Shown: positions 8,925 through 18,105 of the stretch, piece after piece
Numbering within the stretch: the first letter of the stretch is position 1
How the letters are laid out: every line of letters begins with the position of its first letter
From: Candidatus Thorarchaeota archaeon
Lineage (GTDB): Archaea; Asgardarchaeota; Thorarchaeia; Thorarchaeales; Thorarchaeaceae
NCBI GenBank assembly: GCA_011364905.1
Contig: RDNZ01000041.1
Span: 1-27,669, forward strand
Length of the DNA: 27,669 bases
Direction of reading: 5' to 3'
Position numbers and translations under genes: made by a program
Notes under the pieces: model-generated
What the model saw: the letters and a program-made list of their open reading frames with translations, nothing else
Told to the model about the DNA's origin: nothing
The model's database searches: none

Positions 8925-8930
8925 TCACCT
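8925..8930 (-). promoter_or_regulatory. Shine-Dalgarno site (AGGTGA) of eno
   Basis: Minus strand reads AGGTGAgataaaTTG, an archaeal-type SD 6 nt from the start. Confidence 0.6.
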
Positions 8931-9009
8931 ATAATTTCATGTCTTTCTCCTTTGATGATGAGATGTAACTAGGATTTATGTCAATCCATGTAGCTGTGTT
9001 TCTAGAATG

Positions 9010-12000
9010 CTAACTGCCCTTTTTCTTGGTCCATATTATCAAACCTGTCAGAACAGCTATGCCTGCAGCGATGCCTCCAATAACTAAGGCAGTGATAAGC
9101 GATGCCACTGCGGAATGAGTAACTTCAATCATCACTGTGCTGGTTGCAGAGTTACCAAATGCATCATATGCAACAAGGGTGACGTTCCACCGACCCGCTG
9201 TGGAAGAAGTAAACCAGTATTCTATGTCTTCACCGTACCAGAGTTCACTCACAATATGAGTGGAGTTCACATAGATATCATAGCTCCATGGGGTCACATC
9301 ATATCCAGACCATGTAAGCATAAGTCCGGCCCCTTGCTCAATACTGTACTGGCTATCGTCAATGAAAAGAGAGGGAGGAGTGATATCACCAGGTGGTCTG
9401 TTAAAGTGGATTGCAACGATGGCATCAAGCTCTACATTTTCACCAGACATATACTGGATTCGTACATATCGCGCTTGCTCCAAACTAGAGCTGTCAAGAT
9501 CAAAACTTGCTTGACCACTAGCAGTTCCTAGCAATTCAAAATAAGTTTCCAAAGAATTGACCACAAAGACACGATAGTCGCCACCTTTGGCCTCTACAGT
9601 GAAGTCCACGCCCGGACCATTCACAATCTCTTCGTTCTCACCCATATCTAGACTGATATAGCCATCTTCATACTCTGGGAACAATGTTGTGTATTGCCCA
9701 TCAGGTGCACCAATCGCGTTCGATCCAGAGAGATACCCCTGTGAGAATTCTATCAGATAGTCGTCTGCGTAGGGGTCTCCAGGATTAGCGGCAATGGAAA
9801 CCCAGATGGTGTCAATCGCAGAAATGGTGGCTAGTGAATAGACAAGTGTAAGATTATACAAACCAGGTCTCCATGACTCTGCTCTCCAATCATCTATTGC
9901 CACTTCAATCTCATTACTAGAGACAACGTTCGCACCTAGACTGGTGCCATTTCGATAGAGAACCCACTGGTTTCCACCAGATACCTCCCAAAGAAAGGAA
10001 ACTCCTTCAGATCCCCATTCGATTGTCGAGTTTCCGGGAGATGAAAAAATAAGCGGAAATGTGGGAGGAGGAACGGTAAGTAAACACTGACTGGTAGAAA
10101 CCTGACCCAAATCATCATCCGCAACAACTGTGATATTATGAACAGCTGATTGTAGGAGTGGCACACTCCAGTTTAGTTGATAGTTGGTAGGAGACCAAGA
10201 GCCAGCGGATATTTCAGTTCCGTCAAGAAGTAGACTCCATGAGTGCGCTGTGACATCGTACAGGTCCCATGACAAGACCATTGGTTCACCCCATATGTAC
10301 GAAACCTCTCCCGGTTGTGACGGCAGAATGATTGGCGGGGCCATTGGAGTGACTTGAAGCCAGAACGTGTCATTATAAACAAGGAGAGACCCATTGTACA
10401 AGTCTAGCTCAGCTCTATACGTTCCAGGTGAGATCAGGTTCGGACTGAGAGTGACATCTTGACCCGTCCAGTTTAGCGATTGAAACAAAGTCCCATTCAA
10501 GGTGATGTTGCCTCTAAGCTCAGAAACTGTGAAGCCACTCCAAGTTGGTAGAAATGATTCCTGTCCCTTCTCAAGAATGGTGTATCCACTGCGGTCTATG
10601 AGGAAGCTGCGAAGTGTCAATGTCACAGTGTCTGATGTTGTATGCCCATACCCATCAGAAACGGCCAGAGTGATATTGTGAACACCTGCATTGAATCCTT
10701 CGTAGGATATCGCAAGACTAGTTGGATTCCAGAACTTGGCGTAGGTGAAGTTGCCTGTTTCGAACGTATTTCCATCAACATAGAAAGTGTAGTTGCCAGG
10801 GAGTGGTTCTTTGTTACGATAGTTGTACCAGACATCCCATGTGATGGTTCCTGCTTGCATCAGTGATGATACATCTGGAGGCGAACTCAAGATGGGTTCG
10901 AATCTGAAGCGTTCAAGTCGGTAGATACCATAAAGCGGATAGGAACCCGCCATGATTTTCGTTTCCCAAACCACCTCGCCGTGACTATTCACTTCTACAA
11001 GAGCCGCGCTAAGACCACTGATTGTAGAAGATGGATACCCCCAAGCACCAATCCTGTTTCCATTTGGAAGAAGGTCAGCATCACCCCATCCAGCGCTGTA
11101 ATAATCTCTAGGAGCGGTGTAGGACCAAACCGCTCGAGCGGTCATCGCCACTTCATCTATTTCAATCTCAAGGATTCTTGAGTTTCTGCTAGCAGAGGAG
11201 CTCTGATTGTGATAGTCATTATCAAAAAGAATGAAATGGGTATCGTTCAACTTTTCTACTGCATGTGCATGGAAGAAAAGGTTGTCAGTGAGAATCCCCT
11301 CCTGGTTATACATGGCAAAGTTTCCATGCTCACCAAGCCCCCAAATTACCTCCTTGGTGGAATGGTCGATTTTAAAGAAGGTGTTAGTGTTTCGAGAATT
11401 ATAATAAATCATGTCCTCTTCTGCATCATAGAATATTGTGTTAGAGTGACTGATGTCGCGGCTTGGTCCAGCCATTTCATGTGCCGGACACCACCAGCTT
11501 TCAGGGATGAAATCATGCACATCAAGCTGCCAAACTAGCGTTCCATTCATTGCTCGTTCCTGAATGAAATCAAATCTGTAACTGGTTCCGTCTATTTCAA
11601 TCACATTATACCAAAAGGTGAAGATCGTGTTGCTGTTGGGATTATATTCGAACTCATGATGGCCCAGGAACCCCAAGATTTTGAGTGTGTCATTGTTAAG
11701 AAACCACAAAGCAGCCCCCCATTGAGACCCCGTGAGTATAGTATTGGGATTGATGAATTCTGCGGGACAGTCGACCCCTCCAGCCACCCCAACGTACTTC
11801 TGAGCCACAACAGTCCCATTCATGTCCATGATTACCAAGGTATTGTTGTTACTGTCTGTTTCAACGAGATTGAACAGTGTATAACCCTCAAAAGACCAAG
11901 GCGAGTTCGTTACAGTATAGTCAAGGGTTGTGAAATCGGTTGCCAATGACTTGGTATCGTATGTAGATTTGGGAGATATCGTTGTTTCTTGTAATGACGC

Positions 12001-12150
12001 GCCATGAGATGTTTGAGCAGAGATTGTATTGTTTCTTTGATAGAGTTGGATGCTACAGTTGACAGTGGAAATCAGAAGCATCATCAGAACAAAGGAGGCC
12101 GTTATGCGAAACATGAGTGATTGTTGAGTCCCAAGAACTGAGTCAGTCAT
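9010..12150 (-). CDS. Secreted, C-terminally membrane-anchored arylsulfate sulfotransferase (ASST)-family protein with five Ig-like repeats and a galactose-binding-like domain
   Basis: N-terminal hydrophobic segment; ASST motifs GHHE, D.SHSN, NSRN, FHAH, LFDN, SR..E..ID, WSY, S..WG....LPNGN, YR; repeats of W..Y.(D/N)G...G..N.TL...D..G; C-terminal TM + KKK. Start is ATG 12150 or TTG 12159. Confidence 0.8.
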   Translation of the reverse strand: MTDSVLGTQQSLMFRITASFVLMMLLISTVNCSIQLYQRNNTISAQTSHGASLQETTISPKSTYDTKSLATDFTTLDYTVTNSPWSFEGYTLFNLVETDSNNNTLVIMDMNGTVVAQKYVGVAGGVDCPAEFINPNTILTGSQWGAALWFLNNDTLKILGFLGHHEFEYNPNSNTIFTFWYNVIEIDGTSYRFDFIQERAMNGTLVWQLDVHDFIPESWWCPAHEMAGPSRDISHSNTIFYDAEEDMIYYNSRNTNTFFKIDHSTKEVIWGLGEHGNFAMYNQEGILTDNLFFHAHAVEKLNDTHFILFDNDYHNQSSSASRNSRILEIEIDEVAMTARAVWSYTAPRDYYSAGWGDADLLPNGNRIGAWGYPSSTISGLSAALVEVNSHGEVVWETKIMAGSYPLYGIYRLERFRFEPILSSPPDVSSLMQAGTITWDVWYNYRNKEPLPGNYTFYVDGNTFETGNFTYAKFWNPTSLAISYEGFNAGVHNITLAVSDGYGHTTSDTVTLTLRSFLIDRSGYTILEKGQESFLPTWSGFTVSELRGNITLNGTLFQSLNWTGQDVTLSPNLISPGTYRAELDLYNGSLLVYNDTFWLQVTPMAPPIILPSQPGEVSYIWGEPMVLSWDLYDVTAHSWSLLLDGTEISAGSWSPTNYQLNWSVPLLQSAVHNITVVADDDLGQVSTSQCLLTVPPPTFPLIFSSPGNSTIEWGSEGVSFLWEVSGGNQWVLYRNGTSLGANVVSSNEIEVAIDDWRAESWRPGLYNLTLVYSLATISAIDTIWVSIAANPGDPYADDYLIEFSQGYLSGSNAIGAPDGQYTTLFPEYEDGYISLDMGENEEIVNGPGVDFTVEAKGGDYRVFVVNSLETYFELLGTASGQASFDLDSSSLEQARYVRIQYMSGENVELDAIVAIHFNRPPGDITPPSLFIDDSQYSIEQGAGLMLTWSGYDVTPWSYDIYVNSTHIVSELWYGEDIEYWFTSSTAGRWNVTLVAYDAFGNSATSTVMIEVTHSAVASLITALVIGGIAAGIAVLTGLIIWTKKKGS
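9120..10896 (-). repeat. Five diverged ~85-95 aa Ig-like protein repeats (approx. 10896-10615, 10605-10350, 10340-10073, 10060-9793, 9380-9120)
   Basis: Recurring pattern P.I..P.....G....W......Y..Y.NG.....G.W.......G.YN.TL...D..G.....V.V.V in the translation. Boundaries estimated by eye. Confidence 0.65.
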
Positions 12151-12366
12151 TGTAAACAACTCTCCAGAGGAGTGAAGAAGATAAGAGCCTTTTGAGTTCC
12201 ACTCTATTTCATATCAGAAATCTCTCCGTGGCATAATATTCTGACGACATCCGGTTTTTAGGAATTCAGGTCAATGGTTTCAAAGAGTCATGATGCATGT
12301 ATCTAACATCGCTATGACAATCTCTATTACATTGGATGCAATGCGAACATCATGAGAGTAAGCTGA

Positions 12367-13791
12367 ATGGTCTTTTTTGAAACAAAATCAAAAATCGTGT
12401 GCACAATTGGACCTGCATCTAGCTCAAAAGATGTTCTTGAAAAGATGGTAGAAGCAGGTATGGATGTCGCTAGGCTCAACATGTCTCATGAAGACCATGA
12501 GACAGCTAGGAAGACATTCGATATAATTCGTTCAATCGATGACACGCTCCCCATTATGTTTGATCTCCAGGGCCCAAAGATTCGTCTCGGAGAGCTCAAG
12601 GCACCGGTTGATCTAATCACGGGGGACGAGCTAGTCCTCTCTACTGAGGAGTTTGTTGGCGACGCGAGCCGTGTGTCTGTTTCCTATGAGGATCTTCCCA
12701 AAGATGTCAAGAGAGGCGACGTCATTGCAGTGAATGATGGCATTGTCAGACTGAAGGTCAAGGAAGTACAGAAGACCGAGGTTGTCACAGAGGTCACCCA
12801 TGGAGGACCTATCTCAAGCCGGAAGGGTGTCAATATACCTGGTATCAAACTCTCTAGCGATGTTCCAACAGAGGAGGACCTTAAGGATCTAGACCTAGCA
12901 GCTAAACTTGAACCTGATTTCATCGCACTCTCCTTTGTCACATCTTGTGATGATGTGCGCAGGCTGAGAGAGGTGATCACATCAAATGGCCCTGCCGACG
13001 CATGGATCATCAGTAAGATTGAGCACGGACTTGCGATTAAGAACTTCGATGAAATCCTCAAGGAATCAGATGGCGTGATGGTTGCCAGAGGGGATCTTGG
13101 CATAGAAGTGCCAATTGAGGAGGTTCCAATCCTTCAGAGAGAGCTCATCAGAAAGACGAACATCTGGGCAAAGCCGGTAATTGTGGCGACTCATATGTTG
13201 GAGTCGATGACGGAGGAGTTGATACCGACCCGTGCTGAAGTCAGCGATGTGGCAAATGCTATCATGGAACGAGCAGATGCAGTCATGCTGAGCGGAGAAA
13301 CTGCTGTTGGAAAATATCCAGTCGATACTGTGCAAATGATGGAACGAATCATCAAACGGACCGAGCAGACAATTGGAAGAATAGACCCTTGGGATATTAC
13401 TTCTCCCAGAAAAATGATTGTTGAGATAATTGGCAACATGACATACAATGCAGTCACACTGATTCCCGACAAGATTGATGGCATAATATCAGCCACTCGG
13501 ACAGGATACACGGCCAGATGGATATCCAAGTTCAGACCACCAACACACATCTTTGCTGTCACACCTGATGCAAGAGTATCTCGCAGGCTCCGCATGCTTT
13601 GGGGGGTCCATCCAATCAGACATGAGCAGGAATTGGAGAGCGTCGATGACATAGTAAGAGAGTCAACAAGGATGCTATATGACCAGGGCTTTATCAGCAA
13701 GGACAAAGACATCGTATTCACCTCAGGTGTGAAAATGATGCCTGGGCGAACCAACGTTACCGGCTTATTTCACGTAAAAGACCTCCTCTGA
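12367..13791 (+). CDS. pyk: Pyruvate kinase
   Basis: KIVCTIGPAS, GMDVARLNMSH, DLQGPKIR, KGVN.P, LSFV, KIE, DGVMVARGDLG, PTRAEVSDVANA, DAVMLSGETA.G.YP. Confidence 0.97.
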   Translation: MVFFETKSKIVCTIGPASSSKDVLEKMVEAGMDVARLNMSHEDHETARKTFDIIRSIDDTLPIMFDLQGPKIRLGELKAPVDLITGDELVLSTEEFVGDASRVSVSYEDLPKDVKRGDVIAVNDGIVRLKVKEVQKTEVVTEVTHGGPISSRKGVNIPGIKLSSDVPTEEDLKDLDLAAKLEPDFIALSFVTSCDDVRRLREVITSNGPADAWIISKIEHGLAIKNFDEILKESDGVMVARGDLGIEVPIEEVPILQRELIRKTNIWAKPVIVATHMLESMTEELIPTRAEVSDVANAIMERADAVMLSGETAVGKYPVDTVQMMERIIKRTEQTIGRIDPWDITSPRKMIVEIIGNMTYNAVTLIPDKIDGIISATRTGYTARWISKFRPPTHIFAVTPDARVSRRLRMLWGVHPIRHEQELESVDDIVRESTRMLYDQGFISKDKDIVFTSGVKMMPGRTNVTGLFHVKDLL

Positions 13792-14086
13792 AATATCAGT
13801 GCTGAGACATTTGGGGAAGCGAATGCATTCAGGTAAGAACACAATTATATCGTGACAAGTACAAACCGCATGCCTTCCCGGTAAAACAAGAATGATAAGA
13901 ATAATAATCACGTTGCATCCAACAAGACTCGGCACAAAATGACATCTTCATTCTGTAGACAATTGAAAAACAAGAGAGAAAGTCGTGTAAATGGTGGGAG
14001 AATGAAATGAGTTTCAGAAGTTCCTACTGTCAGTGCAATGCCAATCCAAAGGTTCAAACTAATCGCAGAATCCCTGGAGGATGAAT

Positions 14087-16240
14087 ATGCTAGACGGTAA
14101 GAGCTTCATCGAGTCTGGAAAAAACAAGTCTTGGTTTGATGGTATACTATGTCTACTGGTGATTCTTAATTTTCTACTTGTAGTCCTTCTACGACTCTAT
14201 GGAACCGCAATGTACCCCTTCTTTGTGTTGGTGCTCATCTGGATAGCTAGTTATACCGGTCTTCTTACATTGCTAATTCGACGCGAAAGGCTCACGGACA
14301 CGGCCCTGATCAGCAGGAAAGTTCATCTTCTTGCTTTGATTGTGCTTGCGGTCATATTCCGTTGTGTCTTTTTGGGGATAACTGATTACATTTCTCTGGA
14401 CCCCGGTTGGTACGTTGATTTTGGCAGACTCATGCATTCAGGCTACACCCCGTATGTTGACTTTTATTTCCCATATCCTCCCGTCTTTGCCTATGTCATT
14501 TATGCTGTCACTGCCTTCTTACCAACAGTTGATGGATTCAGGATGTTTTCAATCTTAATGGATGCGGGAGTCATCGTTGTACTCTGGAAGTTGGCGCGGA
14601 GATTCGTGGGAGTAAAAGGTGCTTCAACAGCTGTAATAGCTTATGCACTCCTTCCCTTATCGATTTTCGAGTCTGGTTGGAATGCTCACTTTGAACCACT
14701 GCCAAATCTACTTCTGCTTCTAGCCTTGTGGCTATTCATTGAGAATAGGTATAAGGAAAGTGGAGCATTACTAGGCTTATCAATAGCTACCAAGATTTAT
14801 CCTGCCATTGTCGCCCCCATCTTCATCTATGCCATCAAAGGATGGAGAAACAGAATAACCTACACCCTGAGTATCTGTCTTGCAGGATTGTTGAGCTATC
14901 TCCCTCTGTTGTTGCCTGCTTGGTTGTTGGAACTGAATAATGCGACCGGCCCCCTTCAACAGCCTTCACCATCAGGTGTCTTGGATCCCATCATAGGATT
15001 CCTGCAAACACTCCCTCCCGCAGCAGTTGTGGTATCATTAGCAATTGCGTTGACTACAGTGCTTGCTGTCATCTATTTCTTGCGGCTACTAAGTCAAGAC
15101 ACTCCCAATGCGAAAATGAGGATTTACTACTCTGCGGGAAGCGCGATTGGTCTTATTCTAGTCTTGGTGGGAGGGTTCGCTGGTCTATTTTCTCTGCTCC
15201 CATTTTCAACAATGGCAGATTGGCGGTTTCCTATTGACATCGGAATAGTCAGAGGATTTGTGAGCATGTGCGTGGGTCTGGCCATCATTGCCAATGTTCG
15301 CCGTGATAGAGCAGATGGCGTATTAAGAAACAAGGCGAAAGAAACACTCTTACTACTGATTGGGTCAACTGCTCTCTTGGTAATCGTGCTATCAAGGCTC
15401 TTTTTCTTCGGATGGTACTTGCTCTGGTCAATACCATTCTTCCTTCTTTTGCGGGATCGTCGACTAGGTTATATCGTGATAATCGGTCTTCTTCTGATCT
15501 TTCCAAATTATGGCAGTGATAACTTTTCCAGTGTGGGAATCAGAGAAACAAGATACTGGGAAGACAACTTCGATTCAATGAATGATTGGTCGATGCATTT
15601 CAATATCAAGAATTCAAGCGTGAATGCAAGCGATCTATCGATGAATGTGACGTCTGATGAAAATGGTGCTCAATTCAGGTTCGATACCCGGAGCATAGTC
15701 AATAGTTCGTTCTTGGATGATATCAGCTTCAGCTATACTCAAAATGTAAGCATTGTTTTTGATGACTCGATTGACTTCGTTACGAGGATAGCAGCTTCTT
15801 GGGACTGGGCATTTGGGCATCTGGCGGAGATGTCACTCACGTTCAAAGGAAATGACAGTAATGGGGGATCAATTGATGGAAGCATCATCCCAAGGACGAG
15901 TGTATATACCAATATCTCATCAATAGAGAAGAGATACGCCTTTTCTAACGCTGGCTCGCCAACCGGAGATGGATTGGTGACCTTACTCAACCTAACGATT
16001 TTCCCGCTTCAGCAAGCTGAGGCATCATATCAGGTGGATTACATGTATACAACTCATGTCGGAATTCTTCAACCCCTGTACTTCTTTTTCATCCCCGCTA
16101 TCGGTTCGGTGTTATTGATTACTTTTGTAGCTCTTTCTCGCGAGTTGGATAGGGAAAGAACAAACGACACTAGGATTGAACGAAACAATCTTCAGAACAA
16201 AGCACAGCAGGATATCCGTACTTTAGGTAGTAGTCAATAG
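14087..16240 (+). CDS. GT-C fold membrane glycosyltransferase (GT87/DUF2029, PIG-M-like) with C-terminal extracellular domain
   Basis: Many TM helices; first-loop Asp (SLDP.WY), PY.DF.FPYPP, YA..P, HFE, K.YP, WY..W..PF; ~190 aa sequon-rich soluble domain, then a final TM. GGAGG RBS favours ATG 14087 over 14081. Confidence 0.7.
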   Translation: MLDGKSFIESGKNKSWFDGILCLLVILNFLLVVLLRLYGTAMYPFFVLVLIWIASYTGLLTLLIRRERLTDTALISRKVHLLALIVLAVIFRCVFLGITDYISLDPGWYVDFGRLMHSGYTPYVDFYFPYPPVFAYVIYAVTAFLPTVDGFRMFSILMDAGVIVVLWKLARRFVGVKGASTAVIAYALLPLSIFESGWNAHFEPLPNLLLLLALWLFIENRYKESGALLGLSIATKIYPAIVAPIFIYAIKGWRNRITYTLSICLAGLLSYLPLLLPAWLLELNNATGPLQQPSPSGVLDPIIGFLQTLPPAAVVVSLAIALTTVLAVIYFLRLLSQDTPNAKMRIYYSAGSAIGLILVLVGGFAGLFSLLPFSTMADWRFPIDIGIVRGFVSMCVGLAIIANVRRDRADGVLRNKAKETLLLLIGSTALLVIVLSRLFFFGWYLLWSIPFFLLLRDRRLGYIVIIGLLLIFPNYGSDNFSSVGIRETRYWEDNFDSMNDWSMHFNIKNSSVNASDLSMNVTSDENGAQFRFDTRSIVNSSFLDDISFSYTQNVSIVFDDSIDFVTRIAASWDWAFGHLAEMSLTFKGNDSNGGSIDGSIIPRTSVYTNISSIEKRYAFSNAGSPTGDGLVTLLNLTIFPLQQAEASYQVDYMYTTHVGILQPLYFFFIPAIGSVLLITFVALSRELDRERTNDTRIERNNLQNKAQQDIRTLGSSQ

Positions 16241-16407
16241 GATATACGGTCCCCTTGGGTGTGCCCCTCAAAAACGTAGCAGGTTGAATGAAGCAAAAGT
16301 GAGTATGAAGTACTACATGTAATTGAGTGAAATAGAGAATACCGACCCTGATACTAAGAAAGCCTTATGAACGACTTGCTTGACCTGTTCCGACTGGAGT
16401 GTTCGTT

Positions 16408-17145
16408 ATGAAAGGAATTGTCCTTGCTGGTGGTTCTGGAACGCGCCTAAGCCCTTTGACGCTGGTGACGAATAAACACCTTTTACCTGTTTACGACGAA
16501 CCTATGATTTTCAAACCACTCAAAATGCTGGTCAACATAGGCATAACCGAAATCCAGATGGTGATTGGTGGCAATGGTGTTGGCGATATTGTGAAGATTT
16601 GCGGAAGTGGTTCAAGCATGGGTGCTAGGCTATCATATGTTCACCAAGACAGACCCGGCGGAATTGCAGAAGCGCTGAAGTTGACCAAAGACTTCAGTGC
16701 CGGTGAACCAGTTGTTGTTATACTTGGGGACAATATTTTTGAAAACGATATCTCACCGTATCTCGAGATCTTTGAGAAGGACATAGACACATGTCGCCTT
16801 TTTCTCACAGAGAGCGAAGAACCTCATCGTTTTGGTGTTGCAGAGCTTGCTCCTGATGGTTCAGTGATTGGAATAGAGGAAAAACCAAAGCAACCCAAGT
16901 CAAATAAGGTAGTCACTGGACTATACTTCTATCCAGCTGATATTTACGATGTGATCGATTGGGTTCAAAAGAACGTGGGATATTCTGGACGAAATGAGCT
17001 AGAGATTACTGATGTGAACAACTATTATGTTCGCAACAAGAGATGCAAGGCGCATGTTCTGGATGGATTCTGGTCCGATGCAGGCACATTCCCAACGCTC
17101 CTTAGGTCGGCAAACTTCATTGCTCAGAAGAAACAAACAAAATGA
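16408..17145 (+). CDS. rmlA: Glucose-1-phosphate thymidylyltransferase (short RmlA/SpsI type)
   Basis: MKGIVLAGGSGTRL.PLT...NKHLLPVYD.PMI, Q..P.GIA, LGDN, FGV, EEKP..PKS, TGLY.Y, S.R.ELEITD, W.DAGT. Confidence 0.85.
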   Translation: MKGIVLAGGSGTRLSPLTLVTNKHLLPVYDEPMIFKPLKMLVNIGITEIQMVIGGNGVGDIVKICGSGSSMGARLSYVHQDRPGGIAEALKLTKDFSAGEPVVVILGDNIFENDISPYLEIFEKDIDTCRLFLTESEEPHRFGVAELAPDGSVIGIEEKPKQPKSNKVVTGLYFYPADIYDVIDWVQKNVGYSGRNELEITDVNNYYVRNKRCKAHVLDGFWSDAGTFPTLLRSANFIAQKKQTK

Positions 17146-17150
17146 ACAGT

Positions 17151-18098
17151 TTATTGCTTGAGAGGAGTCAAACCAGAGAGTTTCTGAGCAAGATTTTTGA
17201 TGCCATCATCAATTGTATACTTGAACTCAAATCCAACCTTTCCTATCTTGTCAGAAGATAGGACATAACTCGCTTGATTTAGGTCGGGTGCTGGAGATAC
17301 CTCCACCACAACATCAGGGAAGTGATTTCTTATCCTTTCGATTACATCACTCATATTGAGATTTTCTGCGACCACATTGTATACCTCTCCGTTCATCCTT
17401 TTACTTTGTTCAGAGAAGATGTAGGCCCGTGTTACATCACGAACCTCAACATAAGGACGAGCTTCGTGAAGAGCTGTTTCCCATACAGTTAGAGGATGAC
17501 CTATCGAAGCGTAAAAGGTGAACTTGTCAATGACTGTATCAAAACGCATCCCTACAGTCTGACCCACAACCGTACCAAGACGAAGTCCCGTCCAGCTGAA
17601 ACCCGAATCACGTGAGAGCTTTTGCATCTCCGTTTCGGCCTTTAGTTTGTACTCGCCATACGGACTCTTAGGGTCGCATTCGTATGTTTCATCCACGATG
17701 CTAGATGTCAATCCATATACTGATGCTGTGGAAGTGTAGACGTACCTTTCAACGCCAGCATCGACTGCCGCTTTATAGACATTCAGGGCCCCCTCGTAGT
17801 TCGTTTGATATGTCAAGTCTTTTCGCTCAAATGAGAGAGGGGCATTTGTGATATCAGATAACGAGAATACATGACTCACATCCTTCATTGCAAGACGAAC
17901 TTTATCCTTGTCACTCACGTCCCCATATACGAGTTCATACCTTGTTTGAGATGGCAAGTCGAAAAGGCTGACAAACCGATCTCTGAACATGTTGTCCATG
18001 ATTCGTATAGTTTCGCCGTGGAACTCTTTTTGCTCCGGAAGTTCTCTTATCAGCTCAGCCCCCAAGTATCCGCAACCGCCTGTTATCAGCACAACCAT
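17151..18098 (-). CDS. NAD-dependent nucleotide-sugar epimerase/dehydratase (extended SDR)
   Basis: TGGCGYLG, STASVYG, YxxxK (YGEYK), LR.GTV.G, RPY..VRD. Confidence 0.85.
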   Translation of the reverse strand: MVVLITGGCGYLGAELIRELPEQKEFHGETIRIMDNMFRDRFVSLFDLPSQTRYELVYGDVSDKDKVRLAMKDVSHVFSLSDITNAPLSFERKDLTYQTNYEGALNVYKAAVDAGVERYVYTSTASVYGLTSSIVDETYECDPKSPYGEYKLKAETEMQKLSRDSGFSWTGLRLGTVVGQTVGMRFDTVIDKFTFYASIGHPLTVWETALHEARPYVEVRDVTRAYIFSEQSKRMNGEVYNVVAENLNMSDVIERIRNHFPDVVVEVSPAPDLNQASYVLSSDKIGKVGFEFKYTIDDGIKNLAQKLSGLTPLKQ

Positions 18099-18105
18099 TT
18101 TGCTT

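Noticed and set aside
13829-13951. 40-aa Cys-rich minus-strand ORF (MKMSFCAESCW...) in the pyk/GT-C spacer
   Set aside because: No RBS, no recognisable metal-binding spacing, and a length expected by chance.
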